Assembly (NCBI RefSeq): GCF_009914755.1
Contig: NC_060947.1
Strand: one strand, 5' to 3'
Source of the DNA: the human T2T-CHM13v2.0 reference genome, Homo sapiens
DNA: 64,000 bases
The notes under the pieces are model-generated. The model was not told the DNA's origin. It made no database searches and saw nothing but the letters and a program-made list of their open reading frames with translations. Shown here in pieces: positions 1 through 11,229 of this stretch. Both the position numbers and the translations under genes were made by a program. Numbering within the stretch: the stretch's first letter is position 1; each line of letters opens with the position of its first letter.

Positions 1-862
1 ACTCCCATCAAAAAGTGGGCTAAGGAGATGAATAGACAATTCTCAAAAGAAGGTATACAAATGGCCAACAAACATACGAAAAAAAATGCTTAACATCACT
101 AATGTTCAGGGAAATGCAAATCAAAATCTCAAAACCATAATGTGATACCACCTTACTGCTGCAAGAATGGTCATAATAAAAATAGTAATAATAATAAAAA
201 ACAGTAGATGTTGGCATGGATGCAGTGAACAGGGAACACTTCTACACTGCTGGTGGGAATGTAAACTAGTACACCCACTATGGAAAACAGTGTGGAGATT
301 CCTTAAATAATTAAAGTAGAATGACTATTTGATCCAACAATCCCACTACTGGGTATCTACACAGAGCAAAATAAGTCATTACTCAAAAAAACATACTTGT
401 ATATGCATGTTTATAGCAGCACAATTCACAATCACAAAATCGTGGAACCAACCCAAATGCCCATCGATCAACGAGTGGATAAAGAAACTGTGGTATATAC
501 AATGGAATACTACATAGCCATAAATAGGAATGAATTAACAGCATGTGCAGTAAGCTGGATGAGATTGGAGACTATTATTCTAAGTGAAGTAACTCATGAA
601 TGGAAAACCAAATATCGTATGTTCTCACTGATATGTGGGAGCTAACCTATGAGGACACAAAGGCATGAGAATGATACAATGGACTTTGGGGACATGGGGA
701 AAGAGTGAGAGAGGGGTGAGGGATAAAAGACTACAAATACGTTGCAGTGTATACTGCTTGGGTGATAGGTGCACAAAAATCTCACAAATCACCACTAAAG
801 AACTTACTCATGTAACCAAATACCACCTGTATCCCAATAACTTACGGAAAAAAATAAAAATT
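1..862 (+). mobile_element. LINE-1 (L1PB-type) 3' end: end of ORF2 plus 3' UTR and A-rich tail, continuing beyond the left edge of the window
   Basis: ORF2 C-terminal remnants (MFIAAQFTITKSWNQPKCPSINEWIKKLWYI; WMRLETIILSEVTHEWKTKYRMFSLI), L1PB-type 3' UTR (gaatgatacaatggactttgggga...accactaaagaac...catgtaacc), A-rich tail at ~848-862. Confidence 0.93.
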
Positions 863-1041
863 AATCAACATCTAAATATAAAAAAAGAAGGAAGGAAGAA
901 AAAAAAGTATCAAGGTCATCATCCCTTCCCTAGGATTTCTGGTAGATCTATGGATTGATCTCATCCTATTCCATTGAGTCAATCATGACATCCAGGAGAC
1001 TTATCTCTCTTTGTGCAGTATGGGCTTTTGACACAATCAAG

Positions 1042-4000
1042 TTTATTTTTATTTTTACATGAATATGTTCTTTAGTGGTGATTTCTGAGAGTTCAGTGCA
1101 CCCATCACCTGAGCAGTTTACACTGTACCCAGTGTGTAGTCTTTTATCCCTCACCCGCCTCCCACACTTTCCCTTGAGTTCCCCAAAGTCCATTGTATCA
1201 TTCTTATGCCTTTGCATCTTCATAGCTTAGCTCCTCTTATGAGTGAGAACATACAATGTTTGATTTTCCATTCCTGAGTTACTTCACTTAGAATAATGGT
1301 CTCCAATTCCACCCAGGTTGCTGCAAATGTCATTATTTCGTTCCTTTTTATGGCTAAGTAGTATTCCATGGTACATATATTCAACATTTTGTTTATACAC
1401 TCATTGATTGAGGGGCTTTTGAGCTGGTTTCATACGTTTGCAATTGCGAATTGTGCTGCTATAAACATGCATGTGCAAGTATCTTTTTTTGTATAATGAC
1501 TTCTTTTCTTCTGGGTAGACACCCAGGAGTGGGATTGCTGGATCAAATGGTAGATCTACTTTTAGTTCTTTAAGGAATCTACACACTGTTTTCCATGGTG
1601 GTTGTACTAGTTCACATTCCCACCAACAGTGTAAAAGTGTTCCCTTTTCAACACCACATCCATGCCAACATCTACTATTTTTTTATTATGGCCATTCTTG
1701 CAGCAGTAAGGTAGTATCTCATTGTGGTTTTGATTTGCATTTCCCTAATAATTAGTGATATTCAGCATTTTTTCATATGTTTGTTGGCCATTTGTAAATC
1801 TTCTTTTGAGAATTGTCTATTCATGTCCTTATCCCAATTTTTGCTGGGATTATCTGTTTTTTTTCTTGCTGATTTGTTTGAGTTCCTTGTAGATTCTGGA
1901 CACTAGTCCTTTGTCAGAAACATAGATTGCGAAGATTTTCTCCCCATCTGTGGGTTGTCTGTTTACTCTGCTGATTATTTCTTTTGCTGTGCAGAAGCTT
2001 TTTAGTTTAATTAAGTCCCATCTATTTATCTTTGTTGCATTTACTTTTGGGTTCTTGGTCATGAAGTCTTTGCCTAAGCCAATGTCCGGAAGGGTTTTTC
2101 CAATGTTATCTTCTAGAATTTTTATGGTTTCAGGTTTTAGATTTAAGTCTTTGATCCATCTTGAGTTGATTTTTGTATAAGGTGAGAGGATCCAGTTTCA
2201 TTCTTCTACATATGGCTTGCCAATTATCCCAGCACCATTTGTTGAAAAGAGTGTCCTTTCCCCACTTTAAGTTTTTGTTTGCTTTGTTGAAGATCTGTTG
2301 GGGATAAGTATCTGGCTTTATTTTCATGTTCTTTATTCTGTTCAATTAGTCTATACGCCTATTTTTATACCAGTACCATGCTGTTTTGGTTACTACGGCC
2401 TTATAGTATAAAGTCGGGTATTGTGATGCCTCCAGATTTGTTCTTTTTGCTTAGTCTTGCTTTGGCTATGCAGGCTCTTTTTTGTTCCATATGAATTTTG
2501 GGATTTTTTTTTTAGTTCTGTGAAAAATGATGGTGGTATTTTAATGGGAATTGCATTGAATTTGTAGATTGTTTTTGGCATTATGGTCATTTTCAAAATA
2601 TTGATTCTACCCATCCATGAGCATGGGATGTGTTTCCATTTGTTTGTGTCATCTGTGATTTCTTTCAGCAGTGCTTTGTAGTTCTCTTGTAGAGGTCTTT
2701 CACCTATTTGGTTAGGTATAATCCTAAGTATTTTATTTTAATTTTTGCAACTGTTATAAAAGGGGTTGAGTTCTTGATTTGATTCTGAGCTTGGTCGCTG
2801 TTGGTTTATAACAGGGCTACTGATTTGTGTACATTAATTTTGTATCCTGAAACTTTGCTGAATTCATTTACCAGTTCTAGGAGCTTTTTGGATGAGTCTT
2901 TTGGGTTTTCTAGGTATATGATCATGTATGTCTCAGCAAACAGTGACAGTTTGACTTCCTCTTTACCAATTTGGATGCCATTTATTTCTTTCTCAGGTCT
3001 GGTTGCTTTGGCTAGGACTTCCAGTACTATGTTGAATAGAAGAGGGGAAAGTGGGTATCCTTATCTTGTTCCAGTTCTCAGGAGGAGTGTTTTCAACTTT
3101 TCCCCGTTTAGTGTAATGTTGGCTGTGGCTTTTATTGCCTTAAGGTATGTCCCATCTATGCCAGTTTTGCTGAGGGTTTTAATCATAAGGGGATGCTGGA
3201 TTTTGTCAAATGCTTTTTCTCCATCTATTGAGATCATCATGTGATTTTCGTTTTTAATTCTGTTTATGTGGTGTATTACATTTTATTGACTTGCATATGT
3301 TAAACCATCCCTACATCCCTTGTATAAAACCCACTCGATCATGGTGCATTATCTTTTTGATATGCTGTTGGATTTGGTTAGCTAGTATTTTGTTGAGAAA
3401 TTTTGCATCTGTGTTCATCAGGAATATTGGTCTGTAGTTTTCTTTTTTGTTATGTCTTTTCCTGGTTTTGGTATTACGGTGATACTGGCTTCATAGAATG
3501 ATTTAGGGGAAATTCCCTATTTCTCCATCTTTTGGAATAGTGTCAATAGGATTGGTACCAATTCTTCTGTGAATGTCTGATAAAATACAGCTGTGAACCC
3601 ATCTGGTCCTGGACTTTTTTTTTGTTGGTACCTTTTTAATTACCATTTCAATCTTGCTGCTTATTATTGGTCTGTCAAGAGTTTCTATTTTTTCTGGTTT
3701 AATCTAGGAATAAATAGATTGTTGTTTATTAGGTTAAATAGGCTGTATATTTTGAGAAATTTATCCATCTCCTCTAGGTTTTCTAGTTTATTCATGTAAA
3801 GGTATTCATAGTAGACTTGAATGATCTTTTGTATTTCTGTGGTATTGGTCGTAATATCTCCAGTTTAATTTCTAATTGAGCTTATTTGGATCTTTTCTCT
3901 TCTTTTCTTGGTTAATCTTGCCAATGGTCTATCAATTTTATTTATCTTTTCAAAGAACCAGCTTTTCGTTTCATTTATCTTTTGTATTTTTTTGTTTCAA

Positions 4001-4929
4001 TTTTATTTAGTTCTGCACTGAGCTTGGTTGTTTCTTTTCTTCTGCTGGGTTTGGGTTTGGTTTGTTCTTGTTTCTCTAGTTCCTTGAGGTATGGCCTTAG
4101 TTTGTCTATTTGTGCTCTTTCAGACTTTTTGATGTAGGTATTTAATGCTATGAACTTTCCTCCTAGCACTGTTTTTGCTGTATCCCAGAGGTTTTGATAG
4201 GTTGTGTCACTGTTATCGTTCAGTTCAAATAATTTTTTAATTTCCATCTTGATTTTATTGCTGATGCAATGATCATTCAGGAGCAGATTATTTAATTTCC
4301 ATGTATTTGCATGGTTTTGAGGATTCCTTTTGAAGTTTATTTCTAGTTTTATTCCACTATGGTCTGAGAGAGTACTTCATATAATTTCAATTTTCTTAAA
4401 TTTGTTGAGGCTTCTTTTGTGGTCTGTCATATGGTCTATCTTGGAGAACGTTCCATGTGCTGATAGAGTATATATTCTGCAGTTGTTGGGTAGAATGTTC
4501 TGTAAATATCTGTTAATTCCATTTGTTCTAGGGTATATTTTAAGTCCATTACTTCTTTGTTGACTTTCTGTCTTGATGACCTGTCTAGTGCTGTCAGTGG
4601 TATATTGAAGACCCCCACTATTATTGTGTTGCTGTGTATCTCATTTCTTAGGTCTAGTAGTAACTGTTTTATAAATTTGGGAACTCTGGTGTTAGGTGCA
4701 TATATATTTAGGATTGTGATATTTTCCTGTTGAACTAGTCTTTTTATGATTATATAATGCCCATATTTTCCTGTTGGGTTAGTCCTTTTATCATTATATA
4801 ATGTCCCTCTTTGTCTTTTTTAACTGCTGTTGCCTTAAAATTTGTTTTGTCTGATATAAGAATAGCTACTCCTGCTCACTTTTGGTGTCCATTTGCATGG
4901 AATATCTCTTTCTGCCCTTTTACCTTAAG
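1042..4929 (-). mobile_element. LINE-1 (L1PB-type), 5'-truncated within the ORF2 endonuclease domain; ORF2 disrupted by stops and frameshifts
   Basis: Collinear minus-strand ORF2 fragments: endonuclease (LTALDRSSRQKVNKE...LTDIYRTFYP, 4436-4618), [16 protein letters not shown] (3975-4247), GRINILKM...[14 protein letters not shown] (2393-2614), [10 protein letters not shown] (2130-2345), [14 protein letters not shown] (1850-2062), DPAIPLLG (1401-1586); 3' UTR at ~1050-1250. Confidence 0.96.
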
Positions 4930-4939
4930 CATGTTGGAC

Positions 4940-5140
4940 ACGATGGAGTTTAAATGTGGATCTTGCACCAGCATTCACTTGCCATTTAACCTTGAATAAA
5001 CTCTCAAGTTATCGACCTCCCAAATTTCTGTGCTCCTATCTGTAGGAAAGGATAATAGAGCCATCGTTACAAGATGGCTGTGGGAATCAAATGAGACATT
5101 AAAATGAATAGTCATAGTAAGGGCTCAGTAAATAATAGAG
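4940..5140 (+). mobile_element. MIR SINE, degraded
   Basis: core-like ctcctatctgtaggaaaggataatag...gggaatcaaatgaga...gctcagtaaata. Confidence 0.6.
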
Positions 5141-5299
5141 TTGCTGTTTTGTGGTGGTGAGGGCTCTGCTGCCTTTGCACAATCAAGGAACCAAAAAAAA
5201 ATCAGGAAAGAGAATAAAGGGAAAAATTGTCACATGGCTTAATCCACCTGATGTGTTTAATAAAACTAAAAATTATGTAGCACATCACAGTACAGACAC

Positions 5300-5475
5300 A
5301 GATACCATCTCTCGCTCTGTGAGGTAGACTTCATGGGAACTCCTTTTACAGACAAGGAAACTGAGGCATAGGAGTGAAAATGGTTTTCACAAGGTCCTAC
5401 AGCTGATTAGTGATGAAGTTAGGACTACAAACTGGGTCTCGTCTCTCCTAAACCTATGTTCTTCCCACTGTGCTG
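5300..5475 (-). mobile_element. MIR SINE
   Basis: antisense core ccttttacagacaaggaaactgaggca...caaggtcctacagct. Confidence 0.75.
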
Positions 5476-5682
5476 ATGAAGAAAATGCAAAGTAAGGAAC
5501 TGCCAAAGATTCTAGCACAGTCCAAGAGACAATTGCAAGGTCTAAACCAGGCAGCTGGTGCCAGTTGGGGCGAGAAACACGGACATAATTATTTTCCTGG
5601 GAACAAAACTTCAGTACGTTACAAAGGAGAGATCCAAGGGAAAAGGTAAATTTTAATGCCCAGGGAGGAAAGAAAATTAAGT

Positions 5683-5686
<4 letters not shown>

Positions 5687-5737
<51 letters not shown>

Positions 5738-5752
5738 AGAGAGAGAGAGAGA
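5687..5752. repeat. Compound microsatellite (TG)25 followed by (GA)n
   Basis: read directly: uninterrupted TG at 5687-5736, then GA repeats. Confidence 0.98.
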
Positions 5753-5794
5753 AAGAGGGAAGGAAAGAAAACAGCAAGAATATAAATGTGTGTG

Positions 5795-6195
5795 TCTGTC
5801 ACCAGCTGGGTTTCCTGGGAAGAAAACTTTGAGACTGAGGTTAGTGTGCAGGATGTGGATTAAGGAGGGACCTTGGGATCAACATCTGGGAAATGAGAGG
5901 AAGGAAGCTAGAATGGCCAGACAGAGCTCACCAGCTGCTGGGAAGCAGGGCCAACCCCATGGGGAGCTGTGGAGCTAGAATGGTCCTTCCAAGATAGGTC
6001 AAGATGGTCAAGCCTTTACAATCTTGTAGAAATCACCCACTGGATATGAGCTTCCCCAAGAAGGTGCAAAGTTCTTTCTGCCACTGAGGCCAGCCTGGAA
6101 AAGGCTGACAGCTGAGAGTGTCCACTGATGGCACTCCCAGCAGCTGGGAAACAAGTCCTTCCTTGATGGTGCATCTGAATATGTTGTCAGTGTGT
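5795..6195 (-). mobile_element. ERVL solo LTR, LTR16-like
   Basis: ctgggtttcctgggaag...tgagactgaggttagtgtgcagga...cttgggatcaacatctg...ggagctgtggagctagaatgg...gctgacagctgagagtgtc resembles antisense LTR16. Confidence 0.7.
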
Positions 6196-6559
6196 TTACC
6201 AAAATTGATCCGTGTGAGTGTTTGTGTCTGTGTGAGTATACTTACATGGTGTGCATGTGTGTGATCTCTGCCCTCCCAGTTGAAACTGGGCTCCTGCACT
6301 GAGTGCCCATGCAAGCCATTGGCCCTCCAATAATGTTGTCTCTGCCAGTGTGGGCAGGGTCTGGGTGGCAAGGCAGCTGTGAGCACCAAGCCTGCCCACA
6401 GAAGAACCGCCAGACACAGGCCCAGAGCCACACACTGGCAGCTGGCAGGGCAGGGACCCTGCATCAGGATCTAAGAACAAACTGTGCAGATAGGCCAAGC
6501 ATAGACACAGAAACAGGAGAAGATGCTCTGCCAGAGAGCAGCTCAGGGATCATGAAACT

Positions 6560-6743
6560 CTGAGAGGGCAGAGAGAAGAAAGCAAGAGAGATAGACACAT
6601 ATACACACATACCCACAGAGACAGGGAGAGACATGCGGAGACATCCACACACAAAGAGGGAACAAAACGGTATGAGTCAGACAGGATCAAAGAGAGACAG
6701 AGAAAAAACAGACAGACAGACAGACAGACACACACACACACAC

Positions 6744-6775
<32 letters not shown>

Positions 6776-6995
6776 CAAACACTAAGAGAAAGAGAAAAAA
6801 GAACAAGCAGAGAGAGACAGACATGACAGAGACAGAGACAGATGGAGCGAGACACATGAAGAACAAATAGAGAAACACAGAGGATCAAAGACAGACAGAA
6901 CAGAGAGACATACATGACAAAGAGCAACTGAGAGGGAGACAGGCAGAGACCTAGAAAGACACAAGGAGACAGAAAGAGAGGCTGAGAGAGATAGA
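6560..6995. repeat. Low-complexity GA/GACA/CA-rich tract
   Basis: read directly: degenerate (GACA)n, (CA)n and (GA)n runs. Confidence 0.9.
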
Positions 6996-8408
6996 GGTTG
7001 AACTTGGGAGTCCAGACACTAAAAGAAACTCGATGCTGGTAAAGAAGATATGAGTTTCCTTCAGAACCCCTTCTTTAAATCCAAACATTTTCTTTAGAAA
7101 TTACCCTGTTTCTTTATCATCGGATCCCAGAAACTGTAGTAACTTACTCCAGACAGGAAGAGTGAAAACCAACTCTCACCTAGGCCCCCAGGGCAAAGAG
7201 AGGGAAAGCTTTGGTGGGAGAGATCTCCCTGGCTCAGTCTCATGGGAAAACTGGGTTCCATTGAGCCCACCACAGGGAGTGGGGCTAAATTCCTTCCCTC
7301 CAGCTCCCTTCCCAGAGGTCCCCTCTCATGCATAGTCTCCCCTGGCCCCTTTCCCGGAATGCTTACCCGTACACTGAAACCACTCGCATTACTGTAGGCT
7401 GAGCTGCAGAGAGTATCCAAGTCAGTGAGGGCCGAGGCCTGAAGCCAGTCTGGCAGGTACGGGGCAAAGCTGAACTGTGGACCTCTCTCAGCAGCACCTG
7501 ATTAGAAAAGGGGACACCTGCTCCAGCAAATGACTTGGAGATGCTAATAGGAACATAGCAGAGTAAAGAGGTGGAGAGAGAACACCAGCAGGCCAAAACC
7601 AGATATCAGCAGGTGGGAGAGAAGCCAGACCAGGAGAAGCCCAAGAAGATGCCTTTGGGCATGGAGGGATTGGGGGCAGGAATCTCAGACATAGAAAATC
7701 ACCAACTATAAATGCAGTGCCACCGTGCTGGTGACATGCTAGAGGAACTCCTGCAGCTTCTAAGAAGTGAGGGAGAAAATTTGGCTGCTCTCTGCAACTA
7801 GGCTGGGCTGGATCAAGCCAGACACAATAGTTGGAGATGAATCTGGGGGCGGTGTACTGCCCAGGACACACCTGCCCTCTTCCTGGGAGCAAGGGATTCT
7901 GTGTTGCCTCAGCCTACCAGGGAGAGGAGCTGAAGATAGGGGTCTCCTGCCCTGTATCTGAGGACAAACTATGTCCTTGGGATGTCGGGAGCAGAGGAGA
8001 AGACAGGAAGCTTTGCAATCCAGAAGGACTGGAGTCCTGTCCATCCCAGAGGCACATGTAGACCCTCTTTACATCTAGGTTTCTGAACTTCCTCAGCACA
8101 CATTATCTTTATTCGTCTCCTTTTGCTAGTTTATGCCTTCTGTGTCAAATTTAAGCTTCCTCTCCCCTAGTGGATGAAAGCTATCTCCCTCTGCCCAAGT
8201 ATGAATGTAGGTGCAAGATAGATTCCTGAGAAGTTACACATGGCATCCTAATTTGAATGCCATAATGACAATCAACGCTTAACCCAACTGAGTGGTGAAT
8301 TTCCTAAAGCACAGAATTCCCTCCTCATTTATCTTTTATTCTAAGCTGGATCTTGATGCACTACTCTAAAAGTACTAAAATTGAAGTATACCTGTATGCC
8401 TTCAAAAC

Positions 8409-8575
8409 CAGTGCTTCTCAAATTTTAATGTACATATGAGTCACTTGGGGATCTTGTTAAAATGCAAAGCCTCATTCAGTAGGTCTGCGTAGGGCTTGAG
8501 ATTCTGAATTTCCAACCAGTTCCCAAGTGATGCTGATGCTGCTGGTCCATAAACCACACTTTGAATAGCAAAGGC
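8409..8575. mobile_element. MER5A/B-like hAT-Charlie DNA transposon (MITE)
   Basis: cagtgcttctcaaa...ggggatcttgttaaaatgca...ttcagtaggtctg...gtgatgctgatgctgctggtcc...accacactttgaatagca. Confidence 0.9.
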
Positions 8576-8727
8576 CTAAACCACTACAGTTAATTGTGAA
8601 ACATGGCCCAAGAGCACCAGGCTTTATTCCTAGACACCTGTCTCCTTAACATGTTTGCAAATGCAAGGGTCCTCCACAGGCTGGAACATGCAGTAGATGA
8701 GAAAAGCGTGTTTGACATTTGTTTCAA

Positions 8728-8935
8728 GGAGGCATCATGGTGTAATGGACACAAGGGCCTTTGGATCCAAACAAACTTGATCTCTAATTCCTCCTCCACT
8801 ATGTGCTATGTGCAAACTACATAGCTTTGTTTAAAGTCACTTTTTCCCATTTCTGGCTTCCAGATGTCTCATTTGTAGAGTGGAGATATTATATGTTGCC
8901 AAAATGTGGGGGAGAATTCAAGGTAAGGAATATGC
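8728..8935 (+). mobile_element. MIR SINE, degraded
   Basis: ggcatcatggtgtaatgga...ctccactatgtgctatgtg...tctcatttgtagagtggagat. Confidence 0.55.
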
Positions 8936-9190
8936 AGGTGAATCCAGCTGAGTCCATGACCCTTTCCTAACCCCTTCCATCCTCACCTTCCTCTAAACAC
9001 CAGTTCTTATAATCTGAAATTTTTGTCAATCAATTATATTTGGACTGCCATGTGCTGCCTTTAAACAATGTCGTCTTCTTGTAAATTTTTACCTCTCCTT
9101 GTATTCTCCTCAACTAGAATATGAGCTTGTCTTCAAGTTATTAAATATAGTGCTTTAAATTTCACTGTTGATCACTAAATACAAGTTCAA

Positions 9191-9234
9191 TGGATGGATG
9201 GATGGATGGATGGATGGATGGATGGATGGATGGA
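9191..9234. repeat. (TGGA)11 tetranucleotide microsatellite, probably expanded from an L2 3' tail
   Basis: read directly; preceded by L2-like ctcaactagaatatgagct. Confidence 0.95.
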
Positions 9235-10689
9235 GCAAGTCATACACATGTGATGGTATCTTCTTCAACCACTGTATGAAGCATGAAGCTTGGTGGATGT
9301 TGCAGCCCCTCCCTCAATCTCCCTGAAGCCATCAGTCACCGCTACCAAATCAAGGAGATGCTATGCAAGTTGCAGACAAGTGGCCCATTGGAGAGTGAGA
9401 GGGCAGTAACTTTAGAAAGCCCAAGATCTCAACCAAGGGTGGCCACATTATTCAGGGTTTTTTTTTTTTAAAGAAATGTAGACCAAGATCCAATTCTTCC
9501 ATCGTGATGGAAATGAGAGGGTCCCAATTCTTCCCAGCTCCTGTGAAGAGCAGGAACTGGGGTTACTCAGGCCACCTCATGGCAAGTATAAATCATGGGG
9601 CTGCCACTGCACAGAAGAGGCTAGGGCCTACTTTGCATGTTTGGAAAGTGTCTAGCTATACTTGTTACAAACTGTTGCAAAAAGACCCACTAGAATAATT
9701 AAGAAACTTACTCTTTATCCCACAAGTACCCTAGGATGATGCCTTTCAGAGGTTCATCACTTCTACTAGAGACCTGCACTTCATTTTTAAGGATTAGGGG
9801 CTGAGCTGACTACGAAATCTACCCTTGTTAACCACACCAACCCACTCTTTTCAGCAGCAGAAGAGGTGCTATTCAGATCTCTATTCAATGAGTATCTATC
9901 TGGACCTACTAAAAAAGAACAAATTTGCTTCAAGAGCCTTAGATAAACAATGCTCTTATTCACTCAAAACGCAAGTATGTCCTCAGAATGAGGATTCAAG
10001 ACAATATTTATCAACTTGGCAAGTACATCTTCTGGCTTTTTTGAAATTACTAATTGTTATGGCATTACATTTGCTCTCTTTGATATGTTTCTGATATCCT
10101 TGGCTTTGTAGGAAAGTCCAGACTTAGGTCTGACAAAAAAGGTTCTGGAGAATGGTTGACCTCTTGGGGTCCCATCCCATTTCTGTGGCCTCTTCTATAG
10201 CTGTTTTAGCCTAGCTCTTTTCTGCTCCTCCCCAAGGAGAGGTCCTCAGCTTTTCCTCCATCTCTCAGATGAAGGGAGAGGGCCAAATGATGGCTTGGCC
10301 TCCTTCCAGTTCTCTGAGTCCATGCATTAAGAGGCTGTTTTAAATTCAAACACCCAGAAAATTTATTTTCCTCCATATCTTGAGGCTGCAGCATGAGAAA
10401 GATATCCTGAGTAGGAGCCGACAGGAAATTTGAAAGCAAAGAGCAGAGCCACTGGTTTAAGAAGTCATGGCACAAATGAATCAAAATGGACCTTAAAGAT
10501 CTCTAGAGCCACTGGACTCCTTCATGTTATAAAAAAGAAAACTAGAAAGAACTAAAAGAGGCCACATTTTTTCTTCTTGTTTAAAAGAGGTTATTGTACA
10601 GCACTTGCTTAAAAAAAATCCAATTATACAGTATGTGGTTGTTGTATTTAAAGAAAGTTCATCTTAATGTTTCATCTTCAGTTGTCATC

Positions 10690-11229
10690 TGTGGCAGGCT
10701 GTTACATTTTCCTCGCCTCCTCCCCCAATGAACCATGTCTCATATTACTGATTTCTTTATGGAGTCCCCTCTCACAATGACTTTGAGATTGACCTTAGTT
10801 TTGGCCAATGGGGCACTAGCAAGCATGAAGCAAGTTAAGGCTTAATCATCACTTGCACATTAGGTCTTGTCCTCTTGTACACTCAGTTTTTTGAGTACTC
10901 CCTCTCAGAACCCAGATGCCATGCTAGGAGAAGCCCAAGACATATGAGGAGGACATGTGGCAGAGCACTAAGGTTCTCAACCACAACCCTGACTGAGCTT
11001 CCAGCAAAAAGCCAGCACCAACTTGGCAGCCACATGAGTGAGCCATCTTGAAAGTGGATCCTTCACCCCAGGTTGAGCCACTTCAGTGGATGCCACATGG
11101 AGCAGAGACAAGCCTTCTTTGACAAGCTCTGCTTAAATTGCAGAATTGTGAGCAAATAAGTGATTGCTGTTATTTTAAGCCGCTAATGTATAGGGTTGTT
11201 TGGTTACATAGTGGTAGATAACTAGGACA
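10690..11229 (+). mobile_element. MaLR solo LTR, MLT1G/H-like
   Basis: TG...CA termini; ttttggccaatgg, cagccacatgagtgagccatcttg, gaattgtgagcaaataa...ttttaagcc...gataactaggaca. Confidence 0.85.

Noticed and set aside
1401-4618. Minus-strand ORFs with LINE-1 ORF2 similarity as a functional retrotransposon or gene
   Set aside because: ORF2 is fragmented across frames and 5'-truncated, with no ORF1 or promoter; it is a dead copy.
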